Source: Zygnema circumcarinatum SAG 698-1b (taxonomy: Eukaryota > Plantae > Zygnematophyceae). Taken from it: DNA of 64,000 nucleotides. The stretch lies in contig CM074806.1 in NCBI GenBank assembly GCA_037447605.1, positions 4,278,001-4,342,000 on the forward strand, in the 5' to 3' direction. Of this stretch, positions 52,174-64,000 are shown one piece after another (the first letter of the stretch is position 1; every line of letters begins with the position of its first letter). The notes under the pieces were generated by a model. The model saw only the letters and a list, made by a program, of their open reading frames with translations, was not told where the DNA came from and did not search any database. The position numbers and the translations under genes were made by a program.

Positions 52174-53048
52174 TCTCTTCTCTCTCTCTCTCTCTCTTTC
52201 TCTCCCTCTCCTCTCTTTTTAATTTCCTCATGCCTCTCTCCGCTTTCGAGTTCTTTTACCTTTTACCTTTGCACTCTACGCTCACCTTCCTTCCAACCCC
52301 CCAACTGCCATTCAATCCCTTTAGGATCGCGCCTATCATAACTCCCTTCTCCAACCTTCTCCTCTATATTTTTAATCTGCTCCTACTATCTAACGCCTTC
52401 GCCCCCCCCCCTCCACACTCCCTCCCCCCCTCCCGCTCCCACGTCCCTCCCATTCTCTCCCTCCCTCGTCCACTTCCTCCCCGCCTTCCCTCCCACCCAT
52501 GCCTCCCCCCACCCCCTTCCTCTCCGTCTCCCTATCCTTCCCTCATCCTCCACGAAGCAGGCGGGCGCGCATGCATGCCCGGCAGGCGGCTCACCTGAAG
52601 CGCACGAAGGTGTGGTATGCGCGCCCGGAGGGGAGGAATCCAAAAGACTTGAGCGTCTGCTGGAGGTGGTTCGTTATAGGGGGAAGACCAACTTCTTGCA
52701 GATCACGCCACCAATATCGATCCTCTCGGAGGATCCGGCGTTGCGAAGTTTCTGTCATCGTCATAGAAAATCTAATGAAACTGAGTAAATTTACAGAGCA
52801 AATGCTTACACTGGCAAAAAAGTGACCCTTGTTGGGCTATGGTTTTGAGAGAAAGCGAGAAGGATACCTGGATCAGTCTGCATCGCTTGCTCTAGTTTTG
52901 GCGCGGAGTCGTCACGTCGCGTCATGAACCGCTCAAAGAATGTTCCGCCGACCGAGTTGCTCCCAAAGGGAGTGATGCGCGCGAGGGCGCATCTCGAGGA
53001 GGCGGCGAGGACTGCGACCAGCAGCACCGCGAAGGGCGGGGGAGCCAT
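50187..53048 (-). CDS. Glycosyltransferase family 92 (DUF23), galactan beta-1,4-galactosyltransferase (GALS)-like; 6 exons
   Basis: Exons 53048-52868, 52771-52595, 52087-51956, 51732-51569, 51423-51027 and 50706-50187. The N-terminal hydrophobic anchor is followed by SAYR..FFVVGL, GGTLLL, CGAPM..VDP..IREWILWH, WYYNQVLFINDCIHRSRHVAKWVLNIDYDEFL (DxD motif), RSKW and GGVH. Confidence 0.88.
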
Positions 53049-54720
53049 GGCGGGAGAGAAAGGCGGGTGTGGGAGACGACAGCAAGATGGGGAGAGGGAG
53101 AGGGGGAGGGAAGGGGGAGGGAGAGGGAGAGGGAGAGGGAGAGGGAGAGGGGGAGGGGGAAGGAGAGGGAGTGAGACTCGTTTTGGATGCAGGGACGAGT
53201 CGAGCCTTCAGCGAGGCGGGGCGTGCCCGCCGCTTACGCCGTCAGGAGAATCTGCAGGCGGCAGCCGTCCCCATGGCGCCACGTACCCGCACGGCGCTGC
53301 GGCCAGGGAGCAGCGGCGAGGAGGCCGTTCGTACGGACAGTACCGTTTGGTGCCCGACAAAAACGGCCGTTTTGACGGTTGGGGGGTCGAGACATCAGCG
53401 ACAACGACCGACAGCAGGTCTCTCGGGAAGAATCGCAAATTGAGATTTGTCAGAATCTGAAAAGAATATTTTCTGTGAGCATTTTTAGGGCCGGCACCTA
53501 GCAGTCAAGAGCAAAGACAAAACGTAGATTTTTCCGGGCAGCTTGAATGTGTGGCAAAATAATGATCGGCAGGAAGAGCTCAATTTTTTTTTGTTCGATT
53601 TGTTTGGCAGAAGCGTTCTGACTGGTCAGACTGCAATCCTAAAAATTTTTAATAAGACAAGAAGATAGATATGCGTCAGCTGGAAACCTAGATTCTGTGG
53701 CGGATCGCAGATACGGTAGATCATTTTAGAATCCCAAAAGATTCGCTGCGGGACCCGAAAGCGCCCTCCGAAAGCGGCCGCGGTCCCCGGCTATTCGGCG
53801 GCCCAATAGGCGCCAATCCCGCGAGGTATCCAACGGCTTGGATTGGTTCGACGGTGGCAGCTTCAACCGCCTACAAACAAATCAGGTAGTGCCACGAGTC
53901 CAAGAGAAGCTTCCAACCGTACGATCCTGGCGCAATTCACCTGGGGTCACAGTCGTACAATGACAATTGCGTTCACACTACAGCGACACTAACAGGACCA
54001 GCTGCCCAATACGGCGAGGGAGGAGCGCCCGTCGAACATAGAACCGCAGTTTGCAAAAATGTGGGAGGCGAGCATGTAGGGCTCTGTCAATCTTGAAAAA
54101 AATACATATGCGAACTCGGAACCAGTACAAACCTTCATTGTTGTACAGTACCTTTTCTGAAATCTCGGAGCGAAACCCCCCCCCACCCCCCGAGACGAGC
54201 CGTAGACCTGTTCTGTAGTTCAGAACGACAGTCTAGTTTATCTGCTAGTAGAACTGGGCCCTCTAACACAGTTAGAAATGGCCACGTGTCGTATCTCTAT
54301 TGGCTGTATGCCACGTAGGACGTCGACTTCCTTCCTGTGCGTTCACACGTGATCCTGACCGCTAAAACCCGTATCCCCGCGTTCACACTGCTTATCCCCC
54401 GTCCCCTGTTCACACATGCAAAAATCCTTTTTGAACTGGTCGCTCGTGTGCAGCCGACGTCCAAGTCGGCTAAAATCCGAGATCGGATCCGCAAATATAA
54501 TCCAATCAGTGTTCGTCACGTATGCAACTTTTGTCACGTGGCGATCGGAGATTGGCCCGCCTGTCCGAGCTAGACTCGGCGCCTACGTGGCGGCGGGACA
54601 GGGGTTTCCAGCAAGTTGCAGCTTGAAGGGCTGCCAGCAACGAAAAAAGTGACAGATATTTTCAGCCTTCCTCTCACTGCACAACCTCACTCAACAATCA
54701 GATATATCTCTCTTCCTCTC

Positions 54721-54788
<68 letters not shown>

Positions 54789-54886
54789 TGCACAGGAGGA
54801 GCGCAAACAACCACACTGCAGGCGAGAAAAGCATCTCACTTTCCCTACAGCAAGCTCCCATTGTTTCGCTTTTGGTTGGAGAAGCG

Positions 54887-57800
54887 ATGGCCTTCGAGAA
54901 GATAAAGGTCGACAATCCAATCGTCGAAATGGACGGTGAGCAACGCGTCCACGTGTCTGAATCGTTGCCCGATTAGGAGGATGCTTGCTTGATTGCTTGC
55001 TGCAGGCGCATGAAGCGCGCCAGTTTCTGTTTTTTTTTGCATTAGATTCTCTCTTATTGCGTCATGTGCGCTCGGAAGGTTTTCGGGCAGCGCTTGGAAA
55101 GCAAATGGTCCATGTTCATGTTCATGTTCTATGGAAAGTTTTAAATGCAGGATGCCTTTTCCTTGTCGTTAAATTTGTTGAAGTGTGCGTCTCCTTCATC
55201 TCCATTGGTCTTTTTTTTTTGTTTTTGCAGGGGATGAAATGACACGAATCATTTGGCAAATGATAAAAGAGAAGGTGCAGACCATTCCGCGGCTTACTTT
55301 GCTTTTTTCCCACTCTTGCGTGGCCTCCTTCTCTCTCCCCCCCCCCCAGCTTTTTTGTTGCGATGCTCTTTTTTGGAACACCGCGCCTTTTTCCGTACTC
55401 AGGAGACGAAATATATATATTGTTTTATAATCTACAGTATTAATCGTAATTTTTGAATTCCAATTTTTTTCTTGCTCTCAAAGTATGTTCGTTCTCACTG
55501 GATATGCTGCCGCGGCCAGTTTCTTACATCATTTTTTTTATTTTTGTTTTTTGTACGCTTCTGTTAACGTTTGCAGCTCATCTTCCCCTTCGTGGATGTG
55601 GACCTTAAATATTATGATCTTGGAATTCTCAACAGGGATGCGACGGACGATAGAGTCACTGTTGAAAGTGCGGAAGCAACTTTGAAGTAAGTTTGTGTGC
55701 ATCGATAAGTGGTGAAAGCCGAACTACAGATAAGCGGAACTGTGTTTCTCCTTGTTTCGAGAGTGTGCACACATATGGCGAAGTGGGTCTTTTACAACAA
55801 AAAGAAGAAAAACCGGGAGTAAGTACGAAATCAAAAAATTTACACCTCAGTGTTGGGTTGCAGATATAATGTGGCGGTCAAATGCGCGACCATCACTCCT
55901 GGTATTCGTCTCACCTTGATGCTACATTTGGTTTTTGACATTTAAGAATCATCAACTGGCGTTCTGCTTTTCCCGTTTATTGTCTGTTTGTAGCTCAATC
56001 CTTCAGAAAGTCTTTGTTCTCAGTGTCCAGGCAGCTTGCATACTTGGACGAGGAGTGTGTTTGAAGCTCTCGGTACTCTTGAAAAAGTGATTTAGTTCTC
56101 AACAAATATCCAGAGGATTATTCAGAAACTTGAAATATTGTTCTGTAGATTGATTTCTCTGACATTCCGATGTGCTTGTTGTGGGTTCAGACGAGGCACG
56201 CATGGCGGAGTTCAACTTGAAGGCGATGTACAAGAGCCCAAACGGTGCGTGAAATGCAGGAAATTTTACGGTTTACGATTTCCAGGGGAAGACCTTACTA
56301 TCTAGGCAATTTAATTGGAATTCAGTGTCAGCACTCAGGACCCAGGACGTAAATAGTTGCTCCGGTTTGGATTATATTTTTAGGCTGGGCAACGTGGAGC
56401 ATTACGAGGCAAGACCTTGTTGTAACTTGACGAATTCTTTTCATGTTCAGCGAGAGAGTTATGAGATGTTAGTTTATCATAGGTCAGATGTTGGTGAATT
56501 GGTTCCTTTTTTCTTATCCATTCGTCTTACTTCTGTTCTCCGTTCATAGGAAAAGGTAGTGAGCCTATTTTTGACTTCAGTTTGTGCTGTTCTTTTCGTT
56601 TCCTTTTTTTGGTGTGCAGGCACTGTCCGAAACATTTTGAACGGTGCGGCGACATACAGCTCATAAATGTGCAGGCCTGTCGCTCCTTTACAATTCAAAG
56701 AACTGTGCTAGCAATAATTTCTCCTTTTCTCAGAAATCATCAAACTGCTGGTATGTGTGTTTTATGGTACAGGAACTGTTTTCAGAGAGCCGATAGTCTG
56801 CAAAAACATTCCAAAGCTTGTTCCTGGTAAGTATTTGATCAACCCTTTTTTTTTGCTAGCTTACAGTTTGTCATTTAACCCGTGTCTAAACTCCTCATAT
56901 TTCTTCGCCATATACTTGTACAAGCGTTCTGGTGTACGACGGATTATTGGTTCTCATGTTTAGCAGAGTTAGGAAGGAAGAAAGAAAGAAAGAAGCGTTG
57001 GTGTTGAGCAATTTCATGTTGGTTCAATAGATATCAACCATTACGTATTGCCCATTAACGATTGTGTTACTCAATAGGTTAACTTCTCCCTCTCCTTCCC
57101 CTTCCCTGCACAAATTGTAGTTGTGGATCAAAACCGAAAATGATGAATGTCACTAGTTTTAACTCCGCTCAACATGTAATCATACAGATTTAGTACCGTA
57201 GCAATACCTTTTCTACGTTGCTGAAGTTGTACGATCGAAATCTAAGACCTCTTACACGCATTCGTTGGGATCTGGGGCCCCCAGGGTGGACTCAGTCTAT
57301 AGTGATTGGCCGCCACGCCTACGGTGACCAATACAGGGCAACTGACGCTGTTATCAAGGGGGCAGGGAAGCTGAAGATTGTCTTTGGTAAGGTTGCATTC
57401 TCCTGTTTCATAGTGAAAAGTCGTTTGAGCAGTTTGCGTGTGTATGTTCACTGTGAACAGAGTTGCAGAATTTAATTGCTGACTTACGCACCACACTTCC
57501 TCCATAAGTGTTTCCTCTTTTGAAAAGTCTCAATATGTTTATAGATAGCAGAGTTTTCACTAAGGTTGGATTGGGGCGGCAGTTCCTGAGGGGGGAGGCA
57601 AGGAGCAGGAGTGGGAGGTGTTTGACTATAAAGAAGATGGCGGAGTGGCGCTTTGCATGTACAATACTGACGATGTAAGTTTCAATCAGTATTCTAGTTG
57701 GCTATGCTGTTCTATTTCGTTCAACGAATATTGTTTTTTGTACGAGGGAAAGAGAATGAGAGCGAGATAGAGAGCGAGCGAGGGAGAGAGAGAGTTTCTG

Positions 57801-59896
57801 AACACGAGGTGTTAAAATGTCGTAAAGGGTGATCAAAGTTCAATTCCCGCCTCAGTGTATTGCGATTGGTCATTTGCCCGAATAATTTAGTTTGAGTAGC
57901 TTCTTTCAGTTGACAAAAGCTATTTTGCTAAAAGTGACAAATCTGGGTGCATAATCAGTCCATTCGAGCGTTCGCCGAGTCCTCCATGACATTCGCCTAT
58001 GACAAGAAGTGGCCTCTGTATCTCAGCACAAAGAATACCATTCTCAAGAAATATGACGGAAGGTATAGCGCTCCTAACCTACATGTTTTAATTCTCTTTG
58101 TGTTTCATCCCTGTTAAAAAAAAGGAGTTTCTTAAGTGGAGGTGAAGCAGAGATGTACGATGCAGGATGTTAGATTGTTAGCTTAAATCTAACGGAACCT
58201 TGGGATTGGCAGATTCAAGGACATATTCCAGGAGGTATATGAGTCGGGGTGGAAGACAAAGTATGAGGAGGCTGGAATTTGGTATGAGCATCGACTTATC
58301 GATGACATGGTGGCCTATGCCATGAAAAGTCCTGGAGGCTATGTATGGGCCTGCAAGAACTATGATGGAGATGTGCAAAGTGACATGCTCGCGCAAGGTG
58401 AGCGTACCACTTCATGTCAAATGCGGTCCTACTTTTGCATGAAATGTCGGGTGGAGGAAGAAAGTTAAGTGTCGAACTGGATGCCGGACAGTTTCAAGTG
58501 GAGATCAGGAGCAGAGAAGTGATTATAAGTTCTTTAATTTCATTTTGGATCTTTTGTTTTTTTTTTTATGCAGGATTCGGATCCTTGGGACTCATGACAA
58601 GTGTTCTGGTTTGTCTACATTCCCATTGTCTTTATTTGTTTGCATGTTGGCTGTTTCTTCCCAGAAAGCATCAGTTTGCAAGTTCTCGTTTCCTAGCCCC
58701 GTTGTGAGGGGCTAACTGGAGCAGAGAGGGCCGCTATTCCCGGCTAAAGGTCTTGAATGTTGTGAGAGATCTTTTTAACAAGATTAAGACAGTGAAACTA
58801 TGGTTTGTTAATGTTAACGCCCAACAACATTTCCAAAGAGAAGTTCCTATCCGTCATCCGCTGGAAGCCTCCTCTGCACATTAACTCCTGAACTCTCTCC
58901 CTCTCTCGCTCTCCCCCTCACTCCCGCTCTTTCCCTCTCTCCCGCTCTCTCTCTCTCTGTCTCTCTCCGCTCCCTCTCCTTCTCCCCCGCCCCCGACTCT
59001 GCTGCCGACAGGTTTGTCCGGATGGAAAGACCATTGAAGCAGAAGCTGCTCATGGGACTGTGACGCGACATTACAGAGTTCATCAGAAGGGAGGAGAGAC
59101 GAGCACTAACAGCGTCGCCTCCATTTTCGCGTGGACCCGCGGTCTAGGCCACAGGTAAAGGAGCTTGTGCAGGAAGCTCAGCCCAATATTATTGAAACTT
59201 GAAACCATACAATTAACCTGCTGGACAAAATTCCTCCCAACGGATTGTGTGACGGGTGTTGCCTTGTTTGGCAATGCAAGATATACTTTAATGTAGCGGT
59301 GCTCCCACACTTATGCGGCTGATTCCTACCCTCTCTTATGAAGTTGTGGAGGGTTTGGGGATTGCAGGGCAAAGCTGGACGGCAACACGCGGCTGCATGA
59401 ATTCGCAGAAAAGCTTGAAGCTGCATGCGTTGACTGTGTGGAAGGAGGCAAGATGACCAAGGACCTCGCGCTGCTTGTCCATGGCCCCAAGTGCGTAGAT
59501 TCACCCACCTTTTTACAAAAAAATTGACGCTTGAACAGTTTAGGATTGACTGTGACATATTTCACAAAGGGCATCGAGCTTTGCTCAGACCTCAGGCCTA
59601 ATGTAGAAAGGATCCTCCTCTCTCTCTCCCTTCTTCCGCCCTCCCATCCTCTCCCCCCACTTCCACCTCTTCCCCCTCTCCACTCTCCCACTCACTTACT
59701 TCTCGCGTATCTTCCTCACAGGGCACAATTTGGGGCCCTTGCTACCATCCTAACCATCAGAATGCCTGACAATCTTTTCATAACTTCGTCTCTCTCCTGC
59801 AGGGCGGGAAGAGACACATACCTCAACACTGAAGAGTTCCTGGATGCAGTCGCGGCGGAGCTGAAGAGCAAATTGACGAGCGGGGCGAAGCTGTAG
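54887..59896 (+). CDS. ICDH: NADP-dependent isocitrate dehydrogenase, cytosolic/peroxisomal type with C-terminal AKL; 15 exons
   Basis: Motifs [106 protein letters not shown] and MTKDLAL. The protein ends TSGAKL*. It includes a 24-nt exon at 56620-56643. Confidence 0.97.
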
Positions 59897-61607
59897 GAAG
59901 CACAAATGATGGATGACTGAACCGTAACGGAGCAACATGTAACCGAACAGAAACCGACAGAACGCTACAGCAACGGGATGGGGGCACTAAAGTATCATTT
60001 TCGAGATTCAATTTGTTTTTAAGGCCAAATTGTTAGTGGGGGGTTGGCATCCTTTTCACTTTTTTTCACCCTGCCAGGTTGAGGGCCTTGCCGTAACTAT
60101 TCTTCAGCGACCGGAGAATGCTAAGGACTGGCCTTGCTGGCTTGGGTCAATGTTTTTTTGTCCTTCGGTGTTTTGCCTGCGGATGCAGCCTATGCTCGTA
60201 TACTGTGTCGCAGTTTTGGTTCTTCAGTTTGGACTGTCCGTCATGCAGTTCCATATTCGGGAAGGGATGTTTAAAAAAAAAAAAAACCCCAAATCATGTA
60301 CATACAGATCAACGGTAGTTCGCTCGACTCTGTTTGGAAAAGATTTTCGAGTTGAAGACCTCCTGTCAGTTTCGTGCATTTCCGAATGTAACCATCCGTA
60401 CATCAATAGTACGGACATGTACAGTACTTGCATTCGTACATTAGTCCGCAACTCTTCTCCCACCCGGCGTGTTACGCTTACGACTGCAATTCGCACCAAA
60501 TACCCCATTTTTGACTGTCATCGATCCAACAAATACCCTTAACTAATGTACCATTGACCCAAAACCAATGAGAACGAGGGGGGGAAGGCGGCATTGGTCT
60601 CACGAGAGCGATGAGGCCATCAAATGTACATGGACGAAGTCAGCATGGGGAACCACGAGGAACTGGTCGCAAAGGACCTCAGCAATGAGAAAGGTAAAGG
60701 AAAATGGCATTGAACTCAAGATGGCCGGACCATCAATGAGAAAGCGTTGTACCGCAACAACAACTACCATCTACGTACGCAATGCGCGGCGCTTCCATGG
60801 CTTTGTTCAACAAAATGTCACACAATTTCTGGAACTGTATGCGACTGCAGCGATCCGACCGACCGACCGAACGGTCCGAAATGACCGTTGAATAACCATT
60901 TTTTTAGCACATTGGCAACATCCAGTCAGCATCGGCCACGTCATACCAAATTTCCACGTCGGATACATTCATTATCCAAACACCTAGAGAGCAAAAGCGA
61001 AAAACAGAGCGCCACGTGTCATATCCAAAGTTCCAAACGCGTCATTGCCGCGGCCGACCGTTGAACGAGCCAGTAAGTCCAAGCTGGCACTATGCCACGT
61101 GGCTTTATATGAACCGTCCGAGTTTTCTTCTCTAACTAACGTGGACGGTCCGATCTCCCCCTTCCCCCGACCGCGTGCCGTCAACGGTCCTGTCGGCGGG
61201 CAGCTCCGCATCGCGCGGGCCGTCGAACCGTTGGGCGCTGCCACGTGGCGCCGCGGGCCGCGCAATTTGTCCGTTGGGCAGCTGCGCCCTCCCCTACAGA
61301 AAGCCCCCTCGCCCCACTCTTTGTCGTGTCTCTCTCTCTCTCTCTCTCTCTCGCTCTCTCTCCCTCGCTTGGGGTCTCTCTCTCCCTCTCTTACTCGCTC
61401 CCTCTCGTGGGGTCTTTCTCTCCCTCGCTCCCTCTCACTTTCTCTCTCTCCATGCTCAGAAGCCTCCCGCTCCTTACGTACTCTATCGAGGAGAAGACAA
61501 GGCAAGGGGTTCACTTTATGCTCACTCGGAAGCTGCACCATTCAAATTCTCCTTCACTAATTACCTGATTACCAAAGGCCCTTACAGCCTCCCTCCCTGT
61601 TCCGGCC

Positions 61608-62358
61608 ATGGCGATCGACGGCGCGGGAATGAAGCTCTCCCTCTTAGACGGCTGCGTCTCCTCCGCTCCCCTTAACGGTGGCGACCCCCACTCCCACTCC
61701 CTCTCCCTCTCCCCTCCCCCCCTCTCTCTCTCTGCCCGCCTGACCTCCCGCCCTCGGAAACTTGGGATTTCCGGGAGACGGTTCACCGCTGCTGCTGGAG
61801 TCGGAAAATGGCGCGAATTTGAGAACGTTCCGAGGGATGAAATTTCGATCGAAGATACGAAACTCAATGAAGGCGAAATGTTTGGAAGGAAGAGGCGGCG
61901 GGGAGGAAATAATTCTCTGAAACTGCTCCTCTCTCCCCTCCTTATCTCTCTCCTTCTCTCCCTCTCCACACTCACGCCTCCCGCAGCTGCTGCTGCGTCG
62001 ACTCCCACTCCCTCTCCCCCCCCTCCCCCTCGAACTTTTCTCCAAGTACAGTTTGCGGAGCAAAGCGCCGTGAGCTTTAGTTCGAACGTTACTTTGGGAT
62101 TTAATGTAAGCCAAGACTATGGGAATATGCCGTGTCTCCTCTGCAATGTCACCTGCTCGGTAAGCCTCAAACTATGGCCCTCGATTAAGTCAGCAGGGCT
62201 GCTGCTACCTGTGGAGGGAGAGGTTTCACAAGGGGGTGTTTGCGGGTTTCCTATATTTGGCAATTTTGGTGATTCAGAAACTTGTACATTCAAAGATAGG
62301 GATGTTTAGTTCAGTGTTAAGGGGATGCCTTTCCTGATTTTGAGCAATTTTTTTAATT

Positions 62359-62407
<49 letters not shown>

Positions 62408-63992
62408 GCTCTCTCTCTCTCGCCCTCTCTCTCTCAGGTGGACGGAGCGGAAGTTGCAAGCTGCAATAATGGGAGCATCTCTGTGGCGGGCCTCGAAGAA
62501 GGGGCCCACAACTTCACCGTCTCCGCCTCTGTAGATTCTGCCTCAACCGTAGCTACAACCACCGTCCAAGTCGGTAAGTCGACAGTTCAAATGTATATAT
62601 ATATATATGAGTTCATTTTTTATTTAAAAAAAAAAAATCATCTTTTGCAGCCTTACACTAACCTTCCGAGTCATTAATAAAAGATCGAGTAGCTTTAATT
62701 ACTGCTGATTCTTATGGGTGAGGAATTTCTATGCAGTTCTTTCCAAGCCGACAGCCGCTCTCACACGCTCGAGTGTGGCCGACCCCCAAGTCCAAACCCT
62801 TCTCGTGCAGATCGACTTCACCCGTGACTGTTTTGGGTTTAGCTGCAACTCAACGGCGAACTGCGGTCTCTATGTCACTGGTAACGGAACTGTCGTTCCG
62901 TCATCGTTTACTGAACTAGTGGCACATAGAACATACAGCGTTCTCGTCAATTTCGACAACACGACCTACGGACGGGTCCGCACTGCAGTTGAAAGCGATG
63001 CCTGCGTTGATGAGTGGGGGCAGAGCTTTGAGTCTTCCAATTTCTCAAAGGCAGTCACCTTATTTGGTAGGGCCTTCTTCCTCGCTCTCCCTCCTTCCGT
63101 CTCCCTCCCCTCCTCCACCCTTCGGGGTTCCGTTCTCGACCTGTCTACCCCACCTCTCTTTTTACCTTCTCCCTTCCCTTCTCCCACCCCTTTTTATTTC
63201 CCCTCATCCCTCCCGACTGACCCCCTTCCGCCTCCCCCCCACCACTCTCTCCCTCCCCCTCTCACTCCCTCCTTTTCTCTCCTTCCCTCTTCCGTTTCAA
63301 ACCACCCTATCCCCTCTCTCCCCACTCCCAATCCCTCCCCCCCCGCCTTCCCGTCTCCCCCCCTCACTCTCTCTCCCCCTCCCACTCTCTCCCCCTCCCA
63401 CTCTCCCCCTCCCACTCTCCCCCTCCCACTCTCTCCCTCCCTCATTCTCTCGCCCCCTCCCACTCTCTCCCTCCCTCACTCTCTCTCCCCCTCCCACTCT
63501 CATTCCGCAGATCGCAGACCTGTACAGGCCTCCATTGACTCCCTCGCAAGGCGGCGCCATTTCGATGTCGGCGGGGCGCAATACTTCGGCGAGGCGGTCA
63601 ACCGCTCGGCGGACCTCCTCTTCGCGGTCCGATTCAACTCCTCTCTGGTCAACACCACCGACGAAGTGAAGTCGCAGATCAGCGTGACAGGTGGCACGCT
63701 CGCATTGAACGGCACTTCCGCAAAGAAGAACAGACGCTACATGTTTACGGTGAGAGCTCTCAACATTGTTCTCATGTCTTTTTTTGTCGTGCAAGTTTTT
63801 GTTGCGTTTTACGAATGCAACAATGAATGAATGCTCGAATGAATTTTTATTTTGGGATTTGAATGTGATTTTTTATGCAGGTCATTCCTGCAAGCAACCC
63901 CGCCATCATCAAAATCACTCTCCAAGGAGGGGCTTTGATGAGCAGCTTTGGGATCGTGCCTTCGGCAGCTACAAGCGACCCTGTATATTACG
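61608..63992 (+). CDS. Large secreted/membrane protein with Ig-like N-terminal domains (Arabidopsis At3g48200-like); 5' part only, continues past the window
   Basis: Exons 61608-62159, 62438-62573, 62737-63066, 63511-63749 and 63881-63992. Motifs: GLEEGAHNFTV, IDFTRDCFGFSCNSTANCGLYVTGNGTVVPSSF, YGRV...CVDEWGQ, FDRRPV, NRRYMFTV. The signal-peptide-like segment follows a second in-frame ATG at 61878. Confidence 0.75.
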
Positions 63993-64000
63993 GTGAGAGG

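Noticed and set aside
60608-60645. Hammerhead-like core (CGATGAG-stem-CGAAG) in the 90-bp repeat
   Set aside because: It has several mismatches to CUGANGA/GAAA and is not conserved in the other copies.

Overview
Eukaryotic nuclear DNA from a green-lineage organism, most likely a streptophyte alga or other non-seed plant. This is inferred from plant-type CIPK, CBL, GT92 and NDH-assembly genes, TTTAGGG-like repeats, GT-AG introns full of CT/GA microsatellites, and a B12-binding-type protein. I reconstructed 12 recognisable intron-containing genes by hand: MMTAG2-like, CRR42/SipA-like, CIPK, a stand-alone RPA1-C-like OB-fold gene, CBL, a SnoaL/NTF2-like gene with apparent frameshifts, a BtuF-like + Cys-rich + degenerate PP-loop fusion, a plastid alpha/beta-hydrolase, SF3A2, a GALS-like GT92, NADP-ICDH, and an At3g48200-like gene cut by the window end. 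There is also one low-confidence membrane ORF. Non-coding features include several MITE/foldback elements, a dispersed ~90-bp repeat, a nested palindromic array at 14.1-14.9 kb, telomere-like intronic arrays and GTAC clusters. The mirror-image block at 34.9-42.6 kb is probably an assembly artefact around a 943-bp foldback element. The best leads are the three-domain putative cobamide-handling fusion gene, the palindromic array, the linked CBL-CIPK pair and the bacterial-type SnoaL gene. All family assignments come from motif recognition, not database searches.
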